A stretch of DNA of 64,000 nucleotides from an uncultured bacterium (lineage in GTDB: Bacteria; Zixibacteria; MSB-5A5; CAIYYT01), in the NCBI GenBank assembly GCA_963726455.1, contig CAVSCK010000004.1, positions 1,664,001 to 1,728,000 on the forward strand, given 5' to 3'. Under the pieces are notes generated by a model. The model searched no databases and was not told the DNA's origin. It saw nothing but the letters and a program-made list of their open reading frames with translations. Of the stretch, positions 20,349-30,904 are shown piece after piece. Position 1 is the stretch's first letter; each line of letters opens with the position of its first letter. A program made the position numbers and the translations under genes.

Positions 20349-21288
20349 GCAACACGCACACCGAGCTTTTTCATCGTCATAAGCTGAACCCGATCCTAAC
20401 GGCAGCGAATTGGCCTTATCCGGTCAATACTGTTTTTAACCCCGGCGCGACATTGTTGGCCGATGGTACGACACTGCTTCTGTGCCGCGTAGAGGATCGT
20501 CGTGGACAGTCGCACCTCTGCGCCGCCCGTTCGGCCAATGGCGTAGACGGTTGGCAGATTGATCCGCAGCCAACCTTCGTTCCCGACCCGGAGCATTTTC
20601 CCGAGGAAATTTGGGGCATTGAGGATCCACGCATTACCTTCGTCCCGGAAATGGGGCAATATGCGATAGTCTATACGGCCTTCACTCGCGATGGTCCGGG
20701 CGTGGCCTTGGCGACCACTGAGGATTTCCACACGTTCAAGCGTTATGGGATAGTAATGCCCCCGGAGGACAAGGATGCAACTCTGCTGCCGCAACGCATT
20801 GATGGCCGTTGGGCACTGATTCATCGCCCGGTCAGTTCGCCCAGAGCGCACATATGGATCTCCTTCTCTCCCGATCTCACGCACTGGGGTAGCCATACGC
20901 TCATGTTGGAAGCTCGACGCGGAGGGTGGTGGGATGCAAACAAGATCGGCCTCTCGTCACCACCTATTGAAACTCCTCAAGGCTGGCTGATGATCTATCA
21001 CGGAGTGCGGCAAACAGCAGCCGGATCTCTCTACCGATTGGGACTGGCGCTTTTTGACCTGAAGATACCAGAACGCTGTCTGCAAGCGCAGCAGCAGAGT
21101 GGGTCTTCGGCCCCGAGGAATCGTACGAGCAACGGGGTGATGTCGGCTATGTCGTTTTTCCTTGCGGCTGCACTGTCCTTCCTGACGGTGACACCATCCA
21201 TCTCTATTATGGAGCAGCCGACACGAGTATTGCCCTGGCTACCGGAAGTATTCGCGCCATGCTTGAGTGGCTTGATCAAAACCATTGA
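20345..21288 (+). CDS. GH130-family glycosidase/phosphorylase; frameshift near 21085-21095
   Basis: NPIL, VFNPGA, GIEDPRIT, EDKDA, LIHRP and YHGV; the C-terminus YEQRGDVGYVVFPCG..LYYGAADT is in another frame ending at TGA 21288; ATGA overlap with the GT. Confidence 0.87.
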
Positions 21289-21459
21289 GAATTGACAATA
21301 AACTGGCATATATTAGTGCAAGAAGTATGGAAATATTGCTGCCATCGGGGATTTCGGTCATGGAAAAGTATCTATGAGAGGGAAAGAAGGGAACTGAACC
21401 CGAAGCAGCCACAGTCATGGTGAGAGGCACCTGTAATTCTCACCAAAGAGAGAGCCATT

Positions 21460-22674
21460 ATGCTAAGACTCACGATGCCAGGTATCATGCTGCTCTGGGT
21501 TATCGGCACGATGAGCGTGGAGGCCGAGCTGAGATCCACGGTGCTCATACGATTGCCGCTCGCGGATGAAAGCGTCATCATCTCTCTTAGAGAAGCCGGT
21601 GTACTTCCCCGACGACACTGTTCGGTTGTCAATCGTGACGAGCAGACAGTGAGAGCAAGACGGTCGTGACTCCGATACTGACTATCGAGGGAACAACGCT
21701 GCAATCGGTCGGCAACAATGCGTACATCGCCGTCATACCTCAAAATGTCACTCCCGGATCATACCCTGTTCATCTTAGTGTCCTGGATACCCAGGGGCGT
21801 CGTCTTCTTTATGAGACAGACTGCGTCGTGGAGGTCGAAGAGTATCGAGGATGTGGAGCAGATCGCGCGATATGTGCGAATTATCCCCCAAGCCGGCGGC
21901 GAAGATATGCGGACAGCGGTTACACTGGACCGCGAGCAGATGCGCAACCTTCAAGTGGTCTTTCAGCGAGACAGTATTCGAGAGGGCATGGGACCCCAAT
22001 TCGTTACGATCAGGACGACCGTTCTCTTGCGACGAGGTGACAACGGCTCAAACATTCGAACGTCGCGTAATGACTTTTCGCAGTCATGGCGATCCGAACA
22101 AGGATCGCGCCATGTTCATTCAGTACCGCAAGGCCTATGGTCCGTATGCCGCGATCCGACCAGAGGAATTCGATCGCGTCCAGGTGGAGGTTGACTCGTT
22201 GCCTAGTTGGTCGGTTGTCAAAGTCACAGTGGAACCCGATTACACGATCAAGATCGGTGCAGTCGACCGATCCAATTCCGTAACACGCTATTTTCGCGTG
22301 AAGGGTCCGAAGTTTGAAGCGGGGCTGGTGCTCGGCGTCCCAAAGGTCCTGTACGACACACGTAAGCCAGTGATAGTATAGACTATGGCCACACGAGTGC
22401 AATGCTGCGACTCTTCTATGTAGACGGAAAATCAGGACATCGTTTTCCGATTAACCTTGGAATCGGAACGTTCGGGGTGAACTCGCCGATCGATGTGAGT
22501 GTCGGTCGGGGCGGTTTCGCTTCGTCGGTACTCCTTGATGTCATAGAGCTCATGAGGAGGCTGGATATGGGAGTCGGCACCAGAGTAAACGCCGGTCTGG
22601 AATTGACACCTTTCTTCCCTGTCAAGAAAAAGTCGCGGCTCCTGTTTGACGCACACGTGGGATTGGCACTCTGA
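21460..22674 (+). CDS. Secreted hypothetical protein (about 400 aa when joined), fragmented by several frameshifts
   Basis: Signal-peptide-like start; abutting ORFs 21460-21669, 21666-22040, 21718-22194, 21851-22381 and 22402-22674 each contribute protein-like segments; beta-strand-like C-terminus. Confidence 0.45.
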
Positions 22675-22763
22675 GACTTTTCTGCACGAAGCTGCGTGTC
22701 AAGCGGAAGCCAAACTGCCGACGTCTTATTCAAAACGCAGTCTTGTCACGATGAGATACCACC

Positions 22764-24149
22764 GTGGCAAGCGATGGGAGTAAATGGAAGGTGAGCGAAG
22801 TAGTGCCCCCATCCCCAACCCCGACCAAGAGACGCGAGCGGTATGGTGCGGAAATCCATCGGCTGATCTGGAAGCAGCCGCTATTGCGCCGACTTGGCAA
22901 ATACTGGCATCAACTGGGACCTGGGTTGACCACCGGCGCCGCAGACGACGACCCTTCCGGCGTTGCCACTTATTCGCAGACCGGCAGTCAGTTCGGTTAC
23001 CAATTTCTGTGGCTAGCTCCGTTAACGTTTCCGCTCATGGCAGTGGTGCAGGAGATGTGCGCGCGGATCGGTCTTGTAACCGGAAGTGGTTTGGCTGCCA
23101 ATATCCGCACGCAGTATCCACGTGCCATTCTCTACATTTGCACCGCACTACTCTTTGTTGCCAACGCGTTCAACATCGGCGCAGACCTTGGCGCTATGGC
23201 AAAGGCGACACAACTCCTGGTCCCCGAGATGCGATTTGGTGTCCTGGTCGTGGGCTTTGCAGCGTTTTCTCTCTTGCTGCAGGTGTTCATATCATATGCC
23301 CGGTATGCAAAATACTTGAAGGGGATGGCGCTGGTGTTGCTGGCATATGTCGTAACGGCATTCACATTCTCGGGCATAGACTGGGGTGAGGTGCTCCGCA
23401 ACACCGTCGTGCCAAATCTGCACGTGTCAAAGGTGCAAATTCTTCTGGTCTGTGCAATACTCGGAACGACCATCTCACCGTATCTCTTCTTCTGGCAAAC
23501 TTCGCAGGAAGTAGAGGAGGAGATCCTTCAGGGCGCTACTTCTGTGGCACAACGCCAGCGCGATGTCACTCCCAAAGGAATCAGCAGGATGCGCTTGGAC
23601 GTGTGGACGGGGATGTTCTTCTCAAACACAGTGATGTTCTTTATTGTCCTCACCAGTGGTGCCGTGCTTCACACGGCAGGCGTAACAAATATCCAGTCCG
23701 CTGCTCAGGCAGCCGAGGCACTCCGCCCATTAGCAGGGAAGGCCGCTTTTCTTCTTTTTGCTGTCGGTATCGTTGGTGTTGGATTGTTGGCGGTGCCCGT
23801 GCTCGCCGGTTCGGCAGCTTATGCTCTGGCAGAGAGTTTCCGCTGGAGGGAGGGACTCTACCGTAAGCTTAAGAATGCTTATGCGTTTTATGGCGTTCTG
23901 GCGGCCGCCATGCTCGTTGGATTTATCCTGGATTTCGTCGGTTTGGATCCAATCCACGCTCTTATCTATGCCGCCATTGCCAATGGAATCGTCGCGCCTA
24001 TCGTGTTGTACTTCGTGGTGTCCCTGAGCGGCCGGAGTTCACTCATGGGCGAGTACGTCAACAGTCGCCTGGTGAATATTCTCGGCTGGGGAACGGCGAT
24101 CGTGATGGCTGTAGTCGCCGTTGCGTCGATTGTCGTGCTCTTTACCTAG
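22764..24149 (+). CDS. NRAMP-family divalent metal transporter
   Basis: LGPGLTTGAADDDPSG, QEMCARIG and LGTTISPYLFFWQ motifs; about 11 TM helices. Confidence 0.9.
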   Translation: MASDGSKWKVSEVVPPSPTPTKRRERYGAEIHRLIWKQPLLRRLGKYWHQLGPGLTTGAADDDPSGVATYSQTGSQFGYQFLWLAPLTFPLMAVVQEMCARIGLVTGSGLAANIRTQYPRAILYICTALLFVANAFNIGADLGAMAKATQLLVPEMRFGVLVVGFAAFSLLLQVFISYARYAKYLKGMALVLLAYVVTAFTFSGIDWGEVLRNTVVPNLHVSKVQILLVCAILGTTISPYLFFWQTSQEVEEEILQGATSVAQRQRDVTPKGISRMRLDVWTGMFFSNTVMFFIVLTSGAVLHTAGVTNIQSAAQAAEALRPLAGKAAFLLFAVGIVGVGLLAVPVLAGSAAYALAESFRWREGLYRKLKNAYAFYGVLAAAMLVGFILDFVGLDPIHALIYAAIANGIVAPIVLYFVVSLSGRSSLMGEYVNSRLVNILGWGTAIVMAVVAVASIVVLFT

Positions 24150-24275
24150 GAAGCGCCCGCGTGCGACAGAGCCGAACGGGAGACAATCTCAAGTTTCTCC
24201 AGCTTTAGTCAATAGTGTGGGCTAAAGATCTTAATCATTGGCCTCAGCCAAACCTGCATTAGCGGAGACGGGGGA

Positions 24276-24424
24276 ATTGTGCGGTCAAAAACTTAATGGG
24301 GCGGACTTGAGGCGGAGCAGTACTTAAGGGGCTCTTTTCACCGAGCGGGTTGGAGCCTAAGCCCGGGCGCCCCGGTTCGCCGGATCAAGAGCCACTTAAG
24401 TTCGGGCGATCGACTCCGCACAAT
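24276..24424. repeat. Nested inverted repeats forming a long rod-like structure
   Basis: ATTGTGCGG (24276) pairs with CCGCACAAT (24416-24424); ACTTAAGGGGCTCTT (24322-24336) pairs with AAGAGCCACTTAAGT (24387-24401) with one mismatch. Confidence 0.55.
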
Positions 24425-24577
24425 GACTCTCGATTCGTTTGTTCGCTTGAAGTGACACTCGGTCTGCGTATCATCGCGTAAGCTACGGTCGCCCGATCGC
24501 AACTAATAACGGCGAAAACGGTAATTGGGCAATACGGGGTTTTTGCGTAGGAATTGCCTTAGGTGGATAACAAGCAA

Positions 24578-25933
24578 TTACAGCTTGCCGCGAAGATATG
24601 TCGGGAGGTTTATTTCCAGATTCTGGATCTTGAGTTTGCGGCGGATGATTTCGCGGTGTTTGTGGACGGTTTGCAGAGAAATGTTCAGGGCTTCTGAGAT
24701 TTCCTTGGATCCCAGTCCCTGGACGATCAGTTTGCTGATTTCTGTTTCGCGCGGAGATAGAGTTGCGAAATTCTCCTTGAATTTGTTTACCCCTTTTCCG
24801 ACGATCGATTCGAAAGCGTCCTCGAGTTCAGTCAAGTCCCTATTGTTGAGGTGCCCATCACAGGCTCGAAGTTTCTTGAGCAAAGGCGCAAATACATGCT
24901 CAAGGCTGGAGCAAGCCGCTTCCTCGTATTCAATTCTCTGCTGTTCAAACTGAGCCAGAATCGTGCGGAGAGCGGTATTCTTTTCCGCGAGCAATGACCG
25001 CTCTGCCTCGAGCCGCTCGTTGCTTTCTTTCAAGATTTCCTCCAGCTGCTTGTGCTCGCTGACATCGCGCACTATAGCAAGGAGCAGGATTTCCCCGGAA
25101 ACATTGAATGCGTTGAGTGATACTTCAGCGTCGAAGAGCGACTCATCATAACGCCGACATCTCCAATAGAACTTCTGAGGAGTTCCACTCTGGGCCACAT
25201 CAAGGAGACGTTTGATCTTATCTTCTGAGCTGTCGCCGTCGACCTGTTGTGGAGGCGACAATTCCCAGGGACCGCGGCTGATGAGGTCGGCTTTGTTCTG
25301 ACAGCCAAACATCGCGACGCAGTGAACGTTGCATTCGACAATTCCGTATCCACTAATCACGAAGATCGCATCACTGGCGGCTTCGAAAAGTGTTTGATAT
25401 CGCTCGATCACATTCTTCTGTTCGATGTCGGCTCGTTTGCGTGACAAAGCGCATGCGAAGACATGGGCCACCATCTGGAGCCGCCCGATGAGTTCTGGAG
25501 ACCAGCGGATTTCTGATTGAACAGAGCTAAACGCGACGGCGCCGATGATTTCGCCACCGACTGACAAGGGAATTGTGACGTTCGACTTGGCGCCGTGTTC
25601 CTCAAAGAACTCCCTGTCGGCGGTAGCATTTGCGGGCAGTTCGTCTATCGAGGAGAACACGACCGGTTCATCTCGCAGCATTTTCTCGACTGTCCATGGC
25701 AGCTCAAAGACTCCCTCCCGCAGATCGGCGACAGAACCCTTATCCAGAGAGAGCGATTTGGTGGCGGCCCAGGTGTGGGTCAGCACGCCTGCGCCGTGTT
25801 TGGCGGAAATTTGAAAAAGCGTTACACGGTCGATACCGAGGTAGGTAACAATGAATGCCAGCCAGCGACTAATTTCATCGTCGACTTTATTCGCGTGCAC
25901 ATGAACAAAGGTCGAGCACAACTCCGAGATCAT
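24578..25933 (-). CDS. GAF-PAS-LuxR HTH one-component regulator
   Basis: GAF (IPLSVGGEIIGAV), PAS (YQTLFEAASDAI..LSPPQQ..IVRDVSE), coiled coil and LuxR HTH (LSPRETEI..GLGSKEISEALNISLQTVHKHR); the frame extends up to 25972. Confidence 0.88.
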   Translation of the reverse strand: MISELCSTFVHVHANKVDDEISRWLAFIVTYLGIDRVTLFQISAKHGAGVLTHTWAATKSLSLDKGSVADLREGVFELPWTVEKMLRDEPVVFSSIDELPANATADREFFEEHGAKSNVTIPLSVGGEIIGAVAFSSVQSEIRWSPELIGRLQMVAHVFACALSRKRADIEQKNVIERYQTLFEAASDAIFVISGYGIVECNVHCVAMFGCQNKADLISRGPWELSPPQQVDGDSSEDKIKRLLDVAQSGTPQKFYWRCRRYDESLFDAEVSLNAFNVSGEILLLAIVRDVSEHKQLEEILKESNERLEAERSLLAEKNTALRTILAQFEQQRIEYEEAACSSLEHVFAPLLKKLRACDGHLNNRDLTELEDAFESIVGKGVNKFKENFATLSPRETEISKLIVQGLGSKEISEALNISLQTVHKHREIIRRKLKIQNLEINLPTYLRGKL

Positions 25934-26040
25934 TATCTCGAATCGCAGTTTCTCCTCAACGCTGTCGTACGTATGACCCTCCTTTCGGCGATCTCACTCT
26001 TCTAAGGCGGCAGGCCCCAACCGGTAGTGCAAAGACCAGC

Positions 26041-26430
26041 TTATCGTCGCGACGCTGCTTCCGTCATTATCTTGACAACCGTAGCTTCCACTGCTTGCGC
26101 CACGCCTCCTAGTTGCGGAACGTTAAACATCTCCAATAGAGTTGTTAGCTTCAGTGCGGCAATTACGGCTTTACCGCCTTCCTCGTAAACGGATATCCAG
26201 CAAGGCAGCGCGTTGGAAACGCACATGTTTTCAGCAAGTACATTCTTCATTTGTTGTCGTTGACACACTTCAAACATCAGGCACTCACGGGCGAACTCGT
26301 CGCCCTTCTCCGTTGTTGTCTCCTGGAGGCTGTAGACTTGCCTGATGCCAAAGTGGTTGGCCTGAACGGCGAACTGCAAGGCAACGGCAACTTCACTAAC
26401 GGTTTTCTCAGTAGGTAGTTTGATCAACAT
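26041..26430 (-). CDS. DUF302 domain protein
   Basis: 129 aa; FEVC..ALPCWISVYEEGGK pattern. Confidence 0.78.
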   Translation of the reverse strand: MLIKLPTEKTVSEVAVALQFAVQANHFGIRQVYSLQETTTEKGDEFARECLMFEVCQRQQMKNVLAENMCVSNALPCWISVYEEGGKAVIAALKLTTLLEMFNVPQLGGVAQAVEATVVKIMTEAASRR

Positions 26431-26482
26431 TAGTCTGCTTTCCTGGTTAGGGATCCACTTTGCAGCAGCGCCGAGTGTCGAT

Positions 26483-26608
26483 TCACTTCTTGGACAGCTT
26501 GCTGATCGCGACGACTAGCAGGGCCACCACCAGGATGCCACCCACCACCCAAATCCACGTCCCTCCGTTCGTCCAGCTGCTCATCCATCCGTCTGCATTA
26601 TGCATCAT
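26483..26608 (-). CDS. Small single-pass membrane protein (41 aa), absent from the ORF track
   Basis: MMHNADGWMSSWTNGGTWIWVVGGILVVALLVVAISKLSKK*, RBS GAAAGGAA, lying between same-strand genes. Confidence 0.7.
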   Translation of the reverse strand: MMHNADGWMSSWTNGGTWIWVVGGILVVALLVVAISKLSKK

Positions 26609-26668
26609 ACTGTTCCTTTCGTTACGCTACGATCTGTGTCATACTGCGGCCCCACACCTGCAATAAGG

Positions 26669-27745
26669 TTAGAATTCCAATTGCCAACCTAACCGGATTA
26701 CCCAGCTTCGTTTCAGTTGCGGGCCGTCCAGAGATTGCACGACGGGCACCTCGCCCAGAGCGTGAAAATGCTGACCTTTGAGGATCCCCTTCTGAGGATG
26801 AAAAGTGACTCCCAGCACTGCACTGAGGCGTCTTCCGCCCTGTAATGCCGGGTCCTTCGTTGGTTCATCCGTGGGATCAAGCACAGGATCGGATCCGTGA
26901 ATGTTTTCCCAAAACTCGCCCCGAGCGCCTGCCGAAATGCTCGCCCATTTCGCAAGTTCTCGCGCGATTGAAACGCTCGACTGGTAACGGTTTCCGACTC
27001 TGTAGCCGTTGTCATTCTTGCCGAGCTGCACCGTCGAATTGAAATCTACGGCCCAACCCCAAGGCAATGCTTGTCCCAGGTAGGTAAGGCCTGGAAGCAA
27101 GGAGAATGTTCCTGACCCGATCTGCATCGGATATTCCATCCGGAGACCCTGCGCGTCGCGACGATTGATCGAGCCCGTGGGAACGCCGACCCCGAAGTTT
27201 GCCAAAATCCGGTGGCGAAGTCCTTCTGCGGTGTACAGGGCGTACGTTCCGCGCAATTCAAGGTCACCGATTCCTTCGCTTCGTTCAGTAGATAGCGTGC
27301 TATCGCGGTGGAGTTCGCCCATCGACATCTTAACGTACGGGAGCATTGCCATGAGCGTAAGCTTGTTGGTCGGGGCGTACATAACCATCCCCATGTGCAT
27401 TTGCATCTTCATGTCAGTGGGTGCGGTCGCGAAGCGTTTGAGAATCGTCGCCCCGCTGATGTCGGCGGTTCCGTCGAGATTACCATTCAGCTTTTCCAGC
27501 ATGAGCTGATAGCCGACCATCCATTGCCCCGCCTGACCGCTCATGACATCGAAAGGCAGTAGCCCGGGAGCGCCCATCATTTCAGTCATGCTCGCCGCTT
27601 GAGAGGCTGCCCTCCCCGTCTTCGCCTTCACGGTGTCCATCGACGTCTCTCCGGCTAGAGCTGTCGACACACCGAGACAAGAGATTGCGAAAAACGCGAA
27701 CAGGCACAGCAGACTCCAGTAATTCTTCCCTGTTTCACGCGTCAT
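26669..27745 (-). CDS. Outer-membrane beta-barrel 'transporter' family protein, Met-rich
   Basis: Signal peptide, MKMQMHMGMVMYAP, GIGDL, PTGSI, YPMQIGSGT and C-terminal WQLEF. Confidence 0.7.
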   Translation of the reverse strand: MTRETGKNYWSLLCLFAFFAISCLGVSTALAGETSMDTVKAKTGRAASQAASMTEMMGAPGLLPFDVMSGQAGQWMVGYQLMLEKLNGNLDGTADISGATILKRFATAPTDMKMQMHMGMVMYAPTNKLTLMAMLPYVKMSMGELHRDSTLSTERSEGIGDLELRGTYALYTAEGLRHRILANFGVGVPTGSINRRDAQGLRMEYPMQIGSGTFSLLPGLTYLGQALPWGWAVDFNSTVQLGKNDNGYRVGNRYQSSVSIARELAKWASISAGARGEFWENIHGSDPVLDPTDEPTKDPALQGGRRLSAVLGVTFHPQKGILKGQHFHALGEVPVVQSLDGPQLKRSWVIRLGWQLEF

Positions 27746-28025
27746 TGCTATTCCCCGTCCGGCGATTCCCCCTATCTCGTATCACGAGATCTTACTCGCT
27801 TTGCAACTTTGCGGGATACGGCATAGACAGTTTTGCCGTCGTGCCACGCAAACGAAAACTTCAGACCCGACTTGCGAAGCTGCGGATCTTTCACTCGTTT
27901 GATTTCTGGATTCACTTTACGCTCCCAGCGTTATGCGTTCATAGTCCTTGATCGGTCACCGTTTTGACCACTCGTCCAATCAGCCGGCCCGGCAGAGATC
28001 GCAATGACTCCGCCGGGCACTTGGC

Positions 28026-29723
28026 CTACTTTTTCTTGTCCTTGGCCTTGTCCTTGGCATCGCCCGAGGACTGATTCTTCTTAGGCGTATCCTTGGCCTT
28101 GTCCTTCGTGGTAGCTGCGGGCTGGTTCTTCTTCTGCGTGTCCGTGACCACAGCTTTGTCTTTGCGTTCGTTAACCGGCTGAGGCGGCGGGTTTTTCACG
28201 GCGGCACCCTGTTTGGCAACAATCGGCGGGGTCGGAACTTTGACCCGCTCCGGTTGGGTCACATGTACCTCGCGCGGCTGAACATTCGGCTTGATCTGCA
28301 TTGGCTGGATCACCTGTCTATCTTGGCCGGAAGGCGATGTCGCGGGAACTTTACTCTCCCCGTGTGTCGTCACCGGAGGATTGTTGCGTTGGCCGGCGGT
28401 GTGACATTACCTTTACGATCGGTTGTTGTCGTCACCGGCATTTTGTGCTCAGACGGTGGCGTTACTGTGGCCTTCTGCTCCGTGGGTGGCTGCGCGGTTT
28501 GCTGACGTGCCGGTTTGGCTTCCCAGTCCTTGCGTGCAGCAGTATACTTGTGCACTTCGGTCGCCTGTTTGGTGATCTTCTGTTGTGCAGTGGCATCGAT
28601 ATGCACGAACGTCACCTGGGTCCCAGTGCGTGCGGCAACCGTGGTCAGGGGTTCTGCCATCCGAACATAGTTTTGTTGTTGGTCAGGCGGTCTGGCGGCC
28701 TGGCGGGTTTCCATTTGCTGATAGGTTCTGGGCGGACGAAGATCCTGATTAGCATGACGATCGTCGTAGTAGTGCCGCTCGTCTTGGTCCCAGCTAGGGT
28801 TGTCCCGGTGATGCCAACGGTCGTATACGAATGTCGGGTCATACCAGGTGTAGTTCTGTTCGACTTGATACCGCGGAAAGATGCCGGCGCTGAGATAAGC
28901 GTCATCGTAGTAATCGCCGAAGTAGTAATGACTGTAACTTGGATAGGTGAATAAGTTGACTACTAGTCCTCCGAGATCGATGACGATAGTCGGGGAATAT
29001 CTATATCCCGAATGGCTGTAGACGGACTGAGGGAAGTAAACCGGAGCGAATAACACGCCACGATCTTGCAGTGGGTAGTCCCAGTGCCCGGCGTTGAAAA
29101 CGTAGCCCCTTGGCGTCCATACATAATGAGACGGCACCCAGACCCAGTCCGGATTCGCAACCAGCCAATAACCCGCCCTCCGGACATAGTGATCCTGATT
29201 CCAGTATTCGCAGGGGGGCACCCAAATGTAGTCCGAGGACGGCGCAGAACTTGTCGGTTGCACGTCATCGAATTCGGGCGGAGCGGGCAGATACTCCATA
29301 TCCTGAATGCCGGCTGGCGCCCAGAAACCTGCCACCCACTCCCAACCTCTATCCACCTGATTCCAGTATCCTGGTACCCAGGACATCCTTGGCGGGGTTG
29401 CTCGCCAGCAGCCGCTAACCCAGATGTAATTGTTGCGGTCTCCATCCCACGACCAGTAGCCCGGTACCCAGGCATATTGATCGCCTCGAGGTCTCTCCGA
29501 CGGAGGAGCTTCATCGATGTCAGAACGGCGGTCGGTCGGGGACCACCAAACCTTCCTGATTATGCAGGATGACCGGTTCGGAAAAGGCTTCATGCACCGG
29601 TCCGCGCGTCAAAACCTCTGGCTGTTCCTGGTACGGTGTTGGTGGTGGCTGCCCAAGAGCAGTGCCGTAAAACAAAGCAGCCGCCAGGGACAATGCTACC
29701 ACGATCTTAATTGCGGTTTTCAT
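28026..29723 (-). CDS. Secreted YXWGXW-repeat protein with Pro/Lys-rich tail; frameshifts near 29523 and 28385
   Basis: Signal peptide and EVLTRGPVHEAF; repeated WVPGYWxW / WVSGCW / WVAGFW units; low-complexity C-terminus. Confidence 0.8.
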
Positions 29724-29990
29724 CTTCTCTGCCTTTCTTAAAGAAGGGGTGATAACAACAATCTTGTGAACGACAAACGTTCTGAACCCAAGCCTGCTGG
29801 CTTCTTTGTGCCTTCAAGTTCATGCCAATCCCAATTGGTTCGACGCACTATCATTTCGTCTTCTTCTGCCCCGGAAACAGTACCTGCCGCCGCACCCCTC
29901 AGCCGGCCAAATGCCATCCGGTAACTAATCGGACGTGAACTACGACAATCAGGCGGTGGCTCACGGTAAGCACGACAGGTACCCTCCGTT

Positions 29991-30551
29991 TCAGATTTGG
30001 AACAGCAGGCCGACATTTATCGAATAGAAGTTCGCCTTGGCGCCGTTTAACACAGCGTTCGGCAGATTCTTGAATTTGTAGTCAAGAAACACCCAGCGAA
30101 CATCGCCGTACAACTTGAGTTGAGACGTGGCCGGAAGTTCGACCCCGGCGACCAAGTGCCACCCGAACTTGTGGGTAGTCTCATCGCTGAACCCAGCATT
30201 GTTATAGCTCGTGGAGTAGTCAAATGTTGTAAAGTACCAGCCGGCTCCGACACCCCCATAGATTATCGGCAGGGGATAGATTAGTCCGGTAACCGTCACT
30301 GGCCACTCTTTGACCGTCAAAGCCCCTGAGCCAAACTTTTCCTGACGATAACCAATATCTCCCTCCACACCGAGAATCGGCATGAGCTTCATACGTAGAG
30401 TTGCCCCCACCAAATAATTCGCGCCGTCGGCGCCAGTAGATTTCTGAATACCGAGGTGAGGACCCACGTAAATATTCGCTTGGCCGCGGGCTGTCAAAGG
30501 CAGCAAGGTGAGGACACCCAGAAGAATTCCGGTGCTGATCTTTCTGAACAT
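29991..30551 (-). CDS. Small outer-membrane beta-barrel protein (OmpA-like TM domain)
   Basis: Signal peptide, alternating strands, YGGVGAGWY and FGWHLVAGVE. Confidence 0.78.
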   Translation of the reverse strand: MFRKISTGILLGVLTLLPLTARGQANIYVGPHLGIQKSTGADGANYLVGATLRMKLMPILGVEGDIGYRQEKFGSGALTVKEWPVTVTGLIYPLPIIYGGVGAGWYFTTFDYSTSYNNAGFSDETTHKFGWHLVAGVELPATSQLKLYGDVRWVFLDYKFKNLPNAVLNGAKANFYSINVGLLFQI

Positions 30552-30646
30552 TTTGTTCTCCTATTTTTATCAGAGTTTACCCGTGGATTTAAGTGCGCGC
30601 AAAGGTAAGTCTCGGCCGGCTCCACGTACCGACTGATCATTATTTA

Positions 30647-30691
30647 GACTTACGGAGAGAACTGTCGCGAATCCGTCGACCAAAAGGATGA
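30647..30691 (-). promoter_or_regulatory. Shared island promoter motif, copy 2
   Basis: Minus strand TCATCC-TTTT-GGTCGA, CGGATT, 17 nt ending CTCTCCG, TAAGTC. Confidence 0.6.
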
Positions 30692-30904
30692 ATACGGAAA
30701 TACGCCACCAGAACGAACCTGGAATGCTCCTGAGGACTGGTACCGCCTCTCAAGAAGAAAGGTGCCTGCGAGAACTGTCTGGCGAGTATTGCCGGCATCG
30801 CAGTCGTCTACAATGGTATGCAGGCGACTGCGTCTTCCCAATGACTTACTCCCTCTATTCATTCCCTTGTCTTCCGAAATGTGTCACTGGGTAACCGGCT
30901 GTGT

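Noticed and set aside
21292-21318. Second copy of the tRNA promoter sequence CATATATTAGTG with an upstream TTGACA
   Set aside because: The TTGACA-TATATT spacing is 11 nt rather than 17, and a single 12-mer match is weak evidence for an att site or duplication.
27770-27945. Small minus-strand ORF (..WERKVNPEIKRVKDPQLRKSGLKFSFAWHDGKTVYAV..)
   Set aside because: It has an in-frame TAA three codons after the ATG and no recognisable family.
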